64,000 nucleotides of DNA from a bacterium (GTDB taxonomy: Bacteria; Zhuqueibacterota; Zhuqueibacteria; Residuimicrobiales; Krinioviventaceae): contig CAXXFV010000004.1 of the NCBI GenBank assembly GCA_963674595.2, forward strand, positions 128,001 to 192,000, given 5' to 3'. A program made the translations under genes and the position numbers. The notes beneath the pieces were generated by a model, which was not told where the DNA came from, ran no database searches, and worked only from the letters and a program-made list of their open reading frames with translations. Positions 1 through 10,825 of the stretch are shown piece by piece (the first letter of the stretch is position 1; every line of letters starts with the position of its first letter).

Positions 1-1589
1 CCGTGATATTTTACAAGAACTTGTTTTTCAACAACATTGTCTGAAATAACGTGCCGCCATTGATACCCAATACCGCCCGGGAACAGTTCTCTGTCTTTTA
101 ATTGACCGTCTGTTTGTATAATATATTTTCCATTGTTCTGAGCACATGTCATTTGGCCGTCATATTCGTAAAGATTTGTAAAATACCCGTCCTTGTCCGA
201 AAATTCTATTCTCGGGGTTACAGGTAATATGCCCGGCGCTTCCGGAAAGTGCATGGGTTCCCATTGATAATATTCGGTTTGACCGGCAAGCTGTAAAAAG
301 CCATAATCCTGCACCCACAAGTTGGAAATCGAACCGCCGGTAGCGCGATGCATATATTTGCTTTTATACCTTCGAAATATATCTTTATAACGATAAGCCG
401 TTATTGTGGTCATAAAATTTTTGGTTCGGGTTACGGTTACGTCAACCGTCTTGAATTCCTGCATCCAACCGATCTTATCTGATGGTAATGCGGGTAAGCT
501 GACATTTGTTTCATCCAATAATTCAAGAGACAAAGCCAAATTCTTTGCCCTGGCAAAGGTGGTGTAATTACAGGGTAAAACGTCAAAAATATCATAATAA
601 TGCGGACCATACCCTATCCATTCTGACTTGAAAAGCGATTTTAAATAGGTCAAATTTCGATAGGCTGCGGTATAGCACCGACTATCACGGGGGCCATATA
701 ATGTAAAAAGCACCTGACACCCGTCCGCAGTTGAACTGCCAAAGGTGGTCCATTTATTTGAACGAACACCCCAGGAGCCATCGATACTTCCATCCGGATA
801 AACAAAATAAAAGTGTGTTTTTACAGCATTAAAAACAAGACTATCAACAAAACTGTTACTGGTAATACGGGCATATAAAGCGAGCCCCCACAAAGACATA
901 TCCAGCTCGTAGCCAATGTCCGAACCATATTTAATACCGAAACTCCGGCCGCCTTCACCATGAATAAAACCGTCCCGGTCCATTTTATCTATTACCTGCC
1001 TGGCAAGCTTATCAGCCTTTCGAATATAGCTGGAATCCGGGAAAAGTTGAAAAACAGAAGCCAATGTTGCTGTTGAGGTCGCACAATAGTTTATACTGGC
1101 AAAATCCGGATCCATGACGTTTACCAAATAATCTGCTGCACGTTGAATACTATTTTGCCACGACTCGTATTCTTTTGATGTCAGAGAGTCTTTAACGATT
1201 GAAAAAGTACGGACCATCATAAGTAATTGATCGGTCGTTGTACCGGTCCATTCTTCCGGCGTTTCTTTCCATGCACCATTTTTCAATTGCTGTTTTATCA
1301 ACCAGTTCCCCAGACGGATTGCTGCTTGCAAATACTTGCTATTTTTTGAATTCTTATAAACAACAGCAAACGGGTACATGGCCTCTGCAGCCCGTGTATG
1401 GCGTATATCACATCTTTTACATTGCAAAGCGCCATAATCTGTATTATCTTTATCAAGTATCTGCGTTTCCAGCAATGTGTCTGTAAGGTTCTCCAGAAAT
1501 ACTCTATACTCATTTCCAATTTCAATTTTAGGAACCGGGGTGGTACAAAAAACAATAAAGGCAAGTAGACTATAGATCAAAAATTTCAT
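1..1589 (-). CDS. Hypothetical secreted or lipoprotein, probable (alpha/alpha) toroid carbohydrate-active-like protein; partial, runs off the left window edge
   Basis: Absent from the ORF track because it has no stop in the window. Hand translation from ATG 1589 (AGGAG upstream) gives MKFLIYSLLAFIVFCTTPVPK...HTRAAEAMYPF...AAIRLGNWLIKQQLKNGAW...YPDGSIDGSWGVRSNKW...VKYHG, open to position 1. The fold call is inference. Confidence 0.75.
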   Translation of the reverse strand, partial: MKFLIYSLLAFIVFCTTPVPKIEIGNEYRVFLENLTDTLLETQILDKDNTDYGALQCKRCDIRHTRAAEAMYPFAVVYKNSKNSKYLQAAIRLGNWLIKQQLKNGAWKETPEEWTGTTTDQLLMMVRTFSIVKDSLTSKEYESWQNSIQRAADYLVNVMDPDFASINYCATSTATLASVFQLFPDSSYIRKADKLARQVIDKMDRDGFIHGEGGRSFGIKYGSDIGYELDMSLWGLALYARITSNSFVDSLVFNAVKTHFYFVYPDGSIDGSWGVRSNKWTTFGSSTADGCQVLFTLYGPRDSRCYTAAYRNLTYLKSLFKSEWIGYGPHYYDIFDVLPCNYTTFARAKNLALSLELLDETNVSLPALPSDKIGWMQEFKTVDVTVTRTKNFMTTITAYRYKDIFRRYKSKYMHRATGGSISNLWVQDYGFLQLAGQTEYYQWEPMHFPEAPGILPVTPRIEFSDKDGYFTNLYEYDGQMTCAQNNGKYIIQTDGQLKDRELFPGGIGYQWRHVISDNVVEKQVLVKYH

Positions 1590-1713
1590 TCAAATTTATC
1601 TCCTTTTTTTGAAATATAGTACTTTTCGTTACTTTTTCAAGACAAATTGCTTTGAATTTTTCAGATAAAACTCTATATTAAATGACACTAAAAGACAGGA
1701 AAAACCAGATTTT

Positions 1714-4700
1714 ATGAATCAAAAGAAAACCAAACTCTTAAAAATTTTCTGCATTTTCCAATTTTTATCGCAGGGACATCATTTTCACAACAATTACAAA
1801 TAGTTGAACAAAATGCAACAACTATTCGGCTGCATTTAGCTACAGATTTCTCTCCGATTCTGGAGGGAGGAGGCACTTTTAATGATCTTGTGTCTCTGAC
1901 GGATCTGGCCCTTTTTAAAAAATCAAATGGTCAGGAAATACCCTATTATCCGGTTCTTTTGAATATTTCTTCAGACAGGGCGCAGGTCAATCTTTTATCT
2001 GCAAAGGATAAAGCAGTTGTTTTGGACCACGTTGTCAATTTTATTGACACCCCCCTTTCCGGGACAGATTCTTTAACGACTGACAACAGGTCCGGCAATA
2101 TAACCACACAAAATAACAACATGATACCCCCTGTTACAATCGAAAAAAAGGGCGTGTTACAAGGGAATAATATTTGGAAAGTGAATATTTACCCCTATGA
2201 TTTTAATTCAAACACGAATGAGATTATATATCGTTCAGATATTTTATTTGAAATAATCGTTCCATCTACCCCATCCAAAAACAATTCACAGCCATACAAG
2301 TTTGAAATTGTAAACGACATTAAAACTCTTTCCAATACATCTACATTAGCCTCATCTTTATCGGCACAAAGCCTGAAAAAAACCATGCAAACCGAAGAAG
2401 CCTGGAAAATCATTGTTGATACAGATGGCATTTATAAAATCACAGGAGAGGACCTTCGGGATGCTGGCTTGACATTACTGAATATTGATATCGAAACCCT
2501 GAAATTGACATGCAATAATAAAAATATTGCTGTTTTTGTTCATGGCTGGGAAGACGGGGAATTTGATGTGGATGATTATATTGAATTTTGGGGAGAAACC
2601 AATAAACAAACATTTCAAAACCTCGCACCCGATATGTATGTGGACCCGTACACAGCATCCAATATCTATTGGTTGAGCTGGGGCACTGAAAAAGGCACGT
2701 GGATGCTTGAGGAACAAGGCCAGGTAATTGAATCACAATCATCACAATACATTCGTCCCTATTCTTTCCGCCAGAAAGTACATGTGGAAAAAGACGTATA
2801 CTATGACCGATTGAGCGAAATTCCAGTTAATACGTTACGGGATTTATGGTTTTATGACACAGGTATTTCTGCAAGTAAAAAGAGAGATTATACTTTTGAA
2901 CTGTGGCACCCCGACGATCAGGCCTCATTTGGTGTTGAAGCCCGTTGTATTGTTGGTGGACGAACAAGTATTGACAGCATTCAGCATAACATTTCCGCAT
3001 TTATAAACGACAGTTATTTGTTTTCCGGTCAATGGAAAAACCAGGATTACATTGATTTACAATTACTTGAACCAAGTCCGGTAACAGGTGCGGATCTTGA
3101 AAACGGTGAAAATGTATTTAGTATTTATAATAATATAGATTACAAGCTTTATGATTATGTAATGCTTAACTGGTTTGAAATCTCCTATCCACGGCTTTAT
3201 CGTGCTCATGAAGATTATTTAGAATTTACAATTCCACCCGGTTATACTTCAGGGCATTTTCTGTTTAAAATTGATGGCTTTGAGTCAGAAATAATTGATA
3301 TTTATAAAATCGGTTACAGTAAAATTGTCGGCGGCAAAGTGATAGAGTATACCGATTATAAAGATTTTACATCAATGCAAATTTCTTTTCAGGATAATGT
3401 CACATCTCAGGAAACACATTATGTAGCAGTTACTCAGGATAAAAAACTTCTACCGCTTGCAATAATAAAAGACGAACCGTCTCAATTAAAAACCAGTAAT
3501 ATTGCTTCTGATTATATGATAATCGCTCACAAGCGGTTTATCAACGATGAAAGCATCGAAAAACTTTTACAACTGCGCCAGTCTCAAGGTTTACAAACAA
3601 GCAAAATTAATGTTCAGGATATTTATGATGAATTTAACTATGGACGTCCAAGCCCATACGCCATTAAAAGTTTTTTAAAATGGGCTTATGACAATTGGAA
3701 CCAGCCCAGGTTAAAGTATGTTCTGCTTGTGGGCGACGGATGTTATCAACGATATTCAGCGGTTGGCGACACCCTGGACCTGATACCGGTATTCATGCGC
3801 AAAACGCTTAATTTCGGTTCGGCTGCCAGCGACCATTGGTATGCCCTTCTTGATGGAAACGATGAACTGCCGGAAATTCATATCGGTCGTTTGCCTGTAA
3901 AAGAGACTCAGGAATTGGAAAATGTCATTGCAAAAATTATAAGCTACGAAACCGAACCTCCCAGTGGTGATTGGAGTAACCGATTATTATTTATCGGTGG
4001 AAATGGTCAAGTATTCCGCACTCAAGGCAACTCACTTGTCAGAACGACACCGGCACGATTTGAATCAAAAAAACTTTTTACCTTCAAAGATACCAATCTG
4101 GATTTTGACCCCTACCATGGATCGACAACAGATTTCCTTGATTATTATGATAAAGGATGTGCTTTAATAAGCTTTCACGGCCATGGCGGTGGTGCTATTT
4201 GGGCAGATAACGGTCTGTTGCGTCTTGATGATGTAGATCGTATGTACAGTCAAGGCAAATTGCCTTTTATTCTCAGCATGACATGTTTTACTGGTTCGTT
4301 CGAATCTCCTTCCACAGGGTCATTGGCCGATGCATTACTTTTCACCGAAAATGATGGGGTTGTCGGATTTTTGGGAGCCAGCGGTGTGGGCTGGACCTGG
4401 AATGACTATTACCTGCAATCGGAAATTTTAAAATATCTTTATACACATCCAACGGAGCCAATGGGTGCTATTATAGATGCCGGCAAGATTAATTATTATC
4501 TAAGTTATCAAACTGACCAAAATTTTTCTCAAGTCAACCAATACCATTTACTGGGAGACCCCGCAACTCGTCTTTATTTGCCATCTCAAATAATAAATGT
4601 TCAATTAGACAAACAGCTAACAACACAAAATGATTCTCTAACTGTCTCTGTAAAATTTCCCTATCAAAACGGCACCGGCAAAATTGTAATGACAGATAGT

Positions 4701-6527
4701 GTAAAAGATGATGTTCTATCGAAAGACATTTCTTTTTACGATGGTCAATATAGCACTATTTTCCGAGTCCCTAAATATTATCCTTTTCAAACCGGGTATT
4801 TTCGAATTTTTTCTCAAGATGGATCAGCAAATGCAAGGGTTCATGGCTCGGCAAATTTTGTATTAAAATCATTTTTATTCGACTCTGCTCTTGTTGAAAC
4901 TGAAAATGAAAAGCTGTATTTTTCATGCAAGTTGCAAACAACAGACGAAATAAAAGAAATGTATTGCAGGGTTGGTGGCGACACACTACTTTTGCAAAAA
5001 CAAAACAATTCTTGGTACAAAACACAAGAGGGATATGACTTTGAATATCAGGGTTATAACCTGTCATATATCTTTTATGCCATAAAAAATGATAATAGCA
5101 TAATATACAGCCCCACTTATGTGTACAATGTATCAAATGTGTATAATCTCTCGATTGATACAAATTCTATACAACTAGGCGGGCAAAATCAGGTAGAAAT
5201 TCAATTTGAAATTAACAATCTGTCTGAAAACAGTACCAATGTACCTGTTTCAGTATCCGGCAAAATTCCAGGTAATACAACATACTCTATAATAGGAACG
5301 GATACACTGTTCGTCATGCCCTATTCTCCATGTCGAGGCTCTGTTCCATTTTCAGCAACGACAGACATGATAGATATTCAGGTCACCATTGACCCGGATT
5401 CTTTATTAAATGAACAAAACAGATCTGACAACATTGCTTTTAAAAGTATTGAAATTAATAAATTCAACTTTAAACAAAACTCCGGCCTTTTTGTAAACAA
5501 TACACAAACCGACAGCCTTAAAAAAGATGAATTTAAAGCTATTATTTCAAAAAATTGTTTTTCCCAAACCGGTACTATCTCTTTGGAAAAATTGTCCAAA
5601 ATAACTATTCTCGAACAACCTGATTTTTCATCATTTTCGGGATTATCTGCTTTCACTCTCACACATTCTTTTGTTAATGAATCAGCTACCCCGATTATTG
5701 TACAGTTTTCCATAGATGACCTGACACTGGCAAAAATTGATTCTCAAAATTTGGAAACATATATCTATCAATATGTAGCAAATACAAATAAATGGCTTAA
5801 AATCCCGACCACCAGAGCAGGACGTTTATTTTCAGCACAAACAATAAACACCGGAACATTTGCACTTTTACATAGTGCCGACACACAAGGCCCAAATATT
5901 GAAATTTCAATAAACGGTCAGCCCTATGTTCCGAATTCATATTCAAGCCAGGAACCGCAAATCAGTATATACATTCAAGATCTAAACGGCATTGATATAT
6001 CCACAGACAAGCTACAGGTTTATTTAAATGGTGAAAAGCTGGACAACCATGATGAGCTGGCTTTACCGGATACAGTTAAAAATGGTAACCAGATCATGTT
6101 AGCCCTGAATCCCAAGCTATCATCCGGAAATCATTTTTTAAACATTGTAACCCTGGATTGTAACGGCAACATGACTGAATTGAATGATCTGACAATTAAA
6201 GTTGCAAACTCTTTTGAAATAAAAATGCTTGGTAATTATCCAAACCCGTTTTCGGAAGAAACAAATTTTGCCTATATATTGACACTACCCTGTGAAAATT
6301 TATCACTTAAAATTTATTCAGCATCAGGTCGGCTTATTCGCGACATAAATCCAAGAGAAATGAGTGAAGATCCCAATCCATATAGCTCCGATTACCATGA
6401 AATTCTATGGGACGGGACAGATAAAGAAGGATATCCGGTTGCGAACGGATTGTATTTTTATAAACTGTCCGCAATCGCTGATGGAAAAACTCATGAAATA
6501 ACCGGTAAAATAGCACGAATTCAATAA
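1714..6527 (+). CDS. C25 (gingipain) family cysteine peptidase, PorU-like, with T9SS C-terminal FlgD-Ig sorting domain; 1-nt frameshift near 1755
   Basis: C25 motifs DIYDEFNYG, YVLLVGDG, IGRLP, FHGHG (catalytic His), MTCFTG (catalytic Cys), LLGDP; CTD NYPNPF...WDGTDKEGYPVANGLYFY. The track ORF 1890-6527 lacks a signal peptide; ATG 1714 (MNQKKTKLLKIFCIF) joins the main frame (PIFIAGTSFSQQLQ) if one base is added at the T run 1754-1757. Confidence 0.85.
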
Positions 6528-6535
6528 AGCAGAAT

Positions 6536-7552
6536 ATGAAAAATCTAAAATTTTACATCCTTAGTTTAGCAATTCTATCATCCTCTATAAACCTGTTTGC
6601 CGGTGGACGTTATGCCGGAGCATCAATGGAATTAGGGATTGGGGCAAGACAACTGGCTTTAGGCGGTGCTGCAGCCGCTATGAACGGTTCTGCTGAAAAT
6701 TTCTATTATAATCCAGCATCATTGGGTTTAATTTCCAAACGGTCTTTTCAATTTATGTATGCCCCAACATTCGGCAGTTTAAAAGATCCCATGGCTTTTT
6801 ACAACTATATCGGCTTTACCTACCCCTTAAAAGGCGGCGGAACCGTCGCATTCAACTGGACCCGCTTTTCCGCAGACGACATACCACAATACCCGGAACT
6901 TAAAGGCAGTTCATTTGAAGAGCGGAATAACGATATCACCCTTCGGCCGGACGGTACAGTGCTGGGTTATTTTAAAGATACGGAAGATGTATATTATTTC
7001 TCTTTTGCCAAAATAATGAAAATTGTTATACCGCTTGGATGGTTATATACAGATCTGCCGGTTGATATTCCCTTTGGTGTAAATTTTAAGGTGCTAAGAC
7101 AAAAACTGTTCGATGCATCAGCTACAGGCATGGGAATTGATATCGGATCAATGATTCGTTTTAGCCTGGGAACTCTTTTTGACAAAAAATATTTGGGTGA
7201 TTTTTCAGTAGGGCTTTCTTTTTCCGATATTACACAAACTTCAATTATCTGGAATACAGACCATCAAGACAGGGTTCAAAGAACTATATTATTTGGTCTT
7301 GGTTATAATCAATACATCAAATTCCTTAACGCAGATCTTAATTTTTATTGGACACAATACAATAAATATGAAAAACATCATCTTTTCGGTACAGAAATTT
7401 TGTACCACGGTATTGCCATACGGACAGGGATAAACCAAACAGACCTTACATTCGGCGCCGGAATACATTTCTGGAAAACTTTGATTGATTATGCATTTAT
7501 CCCAACTGACCTTGATAAAGTTCATCGATTAAGTTGTTCTATTCAGTTTTAG
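6536..7552 (+). CDS. PorV/PorQ-family (UPF0164-like) outer-membrane beta-barrel
   Basis: Signal peptide; GIGARQLALGGA and FYYNPASL motifs typical of PorV/FadL-like N-termini; C-terminal Phe; directly follows the C25 gene as in porU-porV. Confidence 0.8.
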   Translation: MKNLKFYILSLAILSSSINLFAGGRYAGASMELGIGARQLALGGAAAAMNGSAENFYYNPASLGLISKRSFQFMYAPTFGSLKDPMAFYNYIGFTYPLKGGGTVAFNWTRFSADDIPQYPELKGSSFEERNNDITLRPDGTVLGYFKDTEDVYYFSFAKIMKIVIPLGWLYTDLPVDIPFGVNFKVLRQKLFDASATGMGIDIGSMIRFSLGTLFDKKYLGDFSVGLSFSDITQTSIIWNTDHQDRVQRTILFGLGYNQYIKFLNADLNFYWTQYNKYEKHHLFGTEILYHGIAIRTGINQTDLTFGAGIHFWKTLIDYAFIPTDLDKVHRLSCSIQF

Positions 7553-7555
7553 ACT

Positions 7556-8230
7556 ATGAAAAAATTTATATTCATAATAATTTTTAGCACTCTTTATCTA
7601 GTAAATTGTGAAAAAAATCTAAACAGCCCGATAATAGAGCTTGCAAAACCTGTTCTATTATCGACCCCCGCTGATACATTAATAAATGAGGCCGGAATTG
7701 ATGCAATCCCAGAAAAGGACGCCATTGAAATAAACTGGCTGCTAAACCCGGAATTTCATACTTTTCAACTTTACCGGAAAGCATCAAAAGACTCTGTTTT
7801 TAAACTATTGAGTGAATTCACACAAAAAGATAGTAATTATGTCGATGAAGACATTTTGTTAAACGAACGTTATTATTATTTTCTTATCGGTATTGATCAG
7901 CAAAATCGTAAAAGTGAACCGTCAGATACATTGGACTACCAGCTTGTAGAAAAAGCATTCAACTTGTTCACAAGTTTGCCTCAAGTCATTTTTCATTGGC
8001 AAATCAGCAATTTTTTTTATGACAGCTATATTATTAAATTATTTGATGATAACCAACAATTGATATGGATGAAACAAATTGATTCACCTCATCAACCCTT
8101 CAACTCAGACAGTACTGCTAAAATCTCAAAACTGGTTTCAGGGAAGAGATATAAATGGCGGGTTGATATTGTTGGAACTGAAATTCATTCGGGTAGTGAA
8201 TCTGACTGGAAATTCTTTTTAATGCCTTGA
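7556..8230 (+). CDS. Lipoprotein with fibronectin type III-like domains
   Basis: Lipobox-like LVNC; FN3-like motifs FQLYR, YVDEDI...YYYFLIGID...SEPS, YKWRV. Confidence 0.7.
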   Translation: MKKFIFIIIFSTLYLVNCEKNLNSPIIELAKPVLLSTPADTLINEAGIDAIPEKDAIEINWLLNPEFHTFQLYRKASKDSVFKLLSEFTQKDSNYVDEDILLNERYYYFLIGIDQQNRKSEPSDTLDYQLVEKAFNLFTSLPQVIFHWQISNFFYDSYIIKLFDDNQQLIWMKQIDSPHQPFNSDSTAKISKLVSGKRYKWRVDIVGTEIHSGSESDWKFFLMP

Positions 8231-8279
8231 AAGAAATTTTAATAACATGCAGGTAATTTAGAATATTTAAAGATTTATC

Positions 8280-8307
8280 TTGACTATTTAAAAAAAAATA
8301 TTAGATT
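8280..8307 (+). promoter_or_regulatory. Putative sigma70 promoter of the 8352 gene
   Basis: TTGACT-N16-TAGATT upstream of a GGAGG ribosome-binding site. Confidence 0.4.
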
Positions 8308-8351
8308 TAAGACAATAGTAACTTTATAAGCTCTTATGTGGAGGTTGGGAA

Positions 8352-9557
8352 ATGAAAACTAACAAGCCAACACTCATACTAATGCTCATGCTTCTGATGA
8401 TAAATGCAGCCGGAGCAGTAGTAATAAATAGCGGAAAGGGATTGCCCCATACAAAAGCCGCTTGGGTATCAGAAAAAGGCAGATTAACATTTTTATCTCA
8501 TACACGTTTCTGGGGTAAAGTTCATGAAAACGACAATATAGGGTTAAATGTAAAAACAGCTACAACCTTATGGAATGTTCAAGGTTTAGTCGGCCTGAAT
8601 TATGGGATAAGCGATCGAATCGAACTCAGTGTAACTCCTGTTTTATATCAGGATACACACAGAGGAAACGGCAAAGAATACCCGTGGGATACATTTATTA
8701 ACTTAAAAATCGGTTCATTTGGCAATAAAGCCAGTTCAATGAAATACGGTGTTGAGTTAAATACCAGGTTTGCTACCGGTGAACAATACAATTTCCCCTA
8801 TGAAGATTATTCTGCTGGTAAAACAGAATGGGGTTTTACCGGATTATTTAGCTATGCTCTGGATCCTCTTTATCCGGAAGATTCATTCAACTTGCATTTT
8901 AACCTGGGCTATTTGAATCATAATGATGTTGGTGCAAATCTTACTGACAATGAAACTGACAAGCTTAGCGAAGTCTTGAAACAAAGTCAGGAAATGCAAT
9001 ATGCCCTCGGTTTAACCATTCCTATGGAAGATTGGGATTATGGATTTGAGATTTACGGCATAAACTGGCTGCAACAACCACCACCGAATGCCGCAAGCCG
9101 TGAAAATTATACATATATGGCATTGACAATAAAGTATAAACCCTACCGATGGTTTAACTTTTATATAACCGGAGATTATCGATTATCTTCCGATAAAGAT
9201 GAAACAAATCGGATTGCTGCCAACAAAGCTTTTTATCAACCCGATGATATTCCAAATTACAATACCTGGCGAATTAATGCCGGTATTAAAATGGTTCTTT
9301 TACCGACCAATATCTTTCGTTTAAATGAACGTGACTTGTTAATGCAAAAAGCAGAAACACGCCGGGAATTGTTTGAACAAATCATTAAAGAGCGTCGTGA
9401 AACAGAATCAGCAGAAGAAGAACTTGATAGAATTAAAGATGAAAGACGTAAAGCAGAAAAAGAATTGGAGCGCTTACGGAAAATTCTTGAAGGTCAGACA
9501 GACAGACGCAATCAGCTTGAAGAAATGCGAAAAGAGCTGGAACCAACCAATCCATAA
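8352..9557 (+). CDS. Outer-membrane beta-barrel-like protein with C-terminal coiled coil
   Basis: Signal peptide (AAGA), about 290 aa of amphipathic beta-strands (LNYGISDRIELSV, LHFNLGYL, WRINAGIK), then a ~75-aa E/R/K-rich heptad tail. Confidence 0.7.
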   Translation: MKTNKPTLILMLMLLMINAAGAVVINSGKGLPHTKAAWVSEKGRLTFLSHTRFWGKVHENDNIGLNVKTATTLWNVQGLVGLNYGISDRIELSVTPVLYQDTHRGNGKEYPWDTFINLKIGSFGNKASSMKYGVELNTRFATGEQYNFPYEDYSAGKTEWGFTGLFSYALDPLYPEDSFNLHFNLGYLNHNDVGANLTDNETDKLSEVLKQSQEMQYALGLTIPMEDWDYGFEIYGINWLQQPPPNAASRENYTYMALTIKYKPYRWFNFYITGDYRLSSDKDETNRIAANKAFYQPDDIPNYNTWRINAGIKMVLLPTNIFRLNERDLLMQKAETRRELFEQIIKERRETESAEEELDRIKDERRKAEKELERLRKILEGQTDRRNQLEEMRKELEPTNP

Positions 9558-9566
9558 TAGAATTTG

Positions 9567-9599
9567 AAAACCTGTCATTTCGATGACAGGTTTTTTTTT
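9567..9599 (+). terminator. Rho-independent terminator
   Basis: aaaaCCTGTCAT-ttcg-ATGACAGG followed by T9. Confidence 0.9.
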
Positions 9600-9688
9600 G
9601 CCAAAACAAAAATTTGAAATGTATTGCTCTTTTTGTAAATACTTGCTATCTTTTAAAAATTTTTGTCTAACTAAAAAGGTGCTATTCT

Positions 9689-10567
9689 ATGGAAGGTATT
9701 TTAACAGCCCTTATTACTCCATTTAAAAATGAAAAAATAGACTGGGATGCCCTGTCTTTCCTTATAGACAAACAAATTCAAGCCGGTATTACCGGCCTTA
9801 TTATCAGTGGGACAACCGGTGAATCGCCGACATTATCTGTAGATGAAAAAAAACAACTTTTCAAGTTTGTGTTGGACCACGCCCGGAACAGTATTAAAAT
9901 AGTTGCCGGAACAGGTAATTATTCCACTATAGAATCCATAGAATTAAGTCAATGGGCGGCTGACCTTGGTATAGATGCGTTGTTAACGGTTGTACCTTAC
10001 TATAATAAACCTTCCCAGGAAGGATTGTTTCAACATTTTTCACGAATCGCTGATGCTGTTTCACCCACCCCAATTATACTTTACAACGTTCCTTCCCGAA
10101 CCGTTACGGATTTATTACCCGAGACAATAGCACGATTAGCAAAGATAGAAAATATAAAATATGTTAAAGAAGCCACCGGGAAAATGGAACGGGTAACGGA
10201 AATTTTAGAACAGGCGCCTCATTTAACAATCCTGTCTGGAGATGATACCACATTTTTTCAGGGAATGAAGCACGGCATGCACGGCATTATTTCAGTGGCC
10301 TCAAATATATTCCCGGAGGCAATGGTTGAACTTTATCAGCATTTTAAAACAGGAAATATGGGAAAAGCAGAATCAATCGATACCATTCTAACACCATTTT
10401 ACAAAGCACTGTTTTGTGAATCAAATCCGGTCCCGGTTAAAACAATGGCCGCACTAAAGGGCTGGATATCTCCGGAGGTTCGGCTGCCTTTGGTACAATT
10501 ATCATCACAAAACGCAGAAATTGTTCAAAATACTTTAAACAATGTTGATGAAAAATTAAATGTTTGA
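9689..10567 (+). CDS. dapA: 4-hydroxy-tetrahydrodipicolinate synthase
   Basis: TALITPF, GTTGES, PYYNKP, LYNVPSRT, VKEATG (Schiff-base Lys), SGDD, NPVPVK. Confidence 0.95.
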   Translation: MEGILTALITPFKNEKIDWDALSFLIDKQIQAGITGLIISGTTGESPTLSVDEKKQLFKFVLDHARNSIKIVAGTGNYSTIESIELSQWAADLGIDALLTVVPYYNKPSQEGLFQHFSRIADAVSPTPIILYNVPSRTVTDLLPETIARLAKIENIKYVKEATGKMERVTEILEQAPHLTILSGDDTTFFQGMKHGMHGIISVASNIFPEAMVELYQHFKTGNMGKAESIDTILTPFYKALFCESNPVPVKTMAALKGWISPEVRLPLVQLSSQNAEIVQNTLNNVDEKLNV

Positions 10568-10825
10568 GGGCAGCGACTAATAACATTTTTAGTTGTCATG
10601 ATTTTAGCGCTGCTTCGTTTTCAATATATTTAAAAGATATAAGCAAGGGGATAATGTTTAATTCTTAATATTAATAAAAATGATTTCTTGAATAACAAGA
10701 GTATTTCATACAAGTTCATTTCGTATTCAGTCTTAAAATAAAGCTATTCTTTGCCGACCAAATTAAAACCAGCAAAAAAAAATGTGTCACTCCACTTTTA
10801 ATAACGACTAGAAACTGTGTATAAA

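Noticed and set aside
1238-1564. Track ORFs 1238-1486 (+) and 1298-1564 (-)
   Set aside because: Shadow frames of the longer minus-strand gene 1-1589.
10568-10825. Lysine riboswitch or missing dapB between dapA and murD
   Set aside because: No lysine riboswitch consensus and no ORF of suitable length or similarity.
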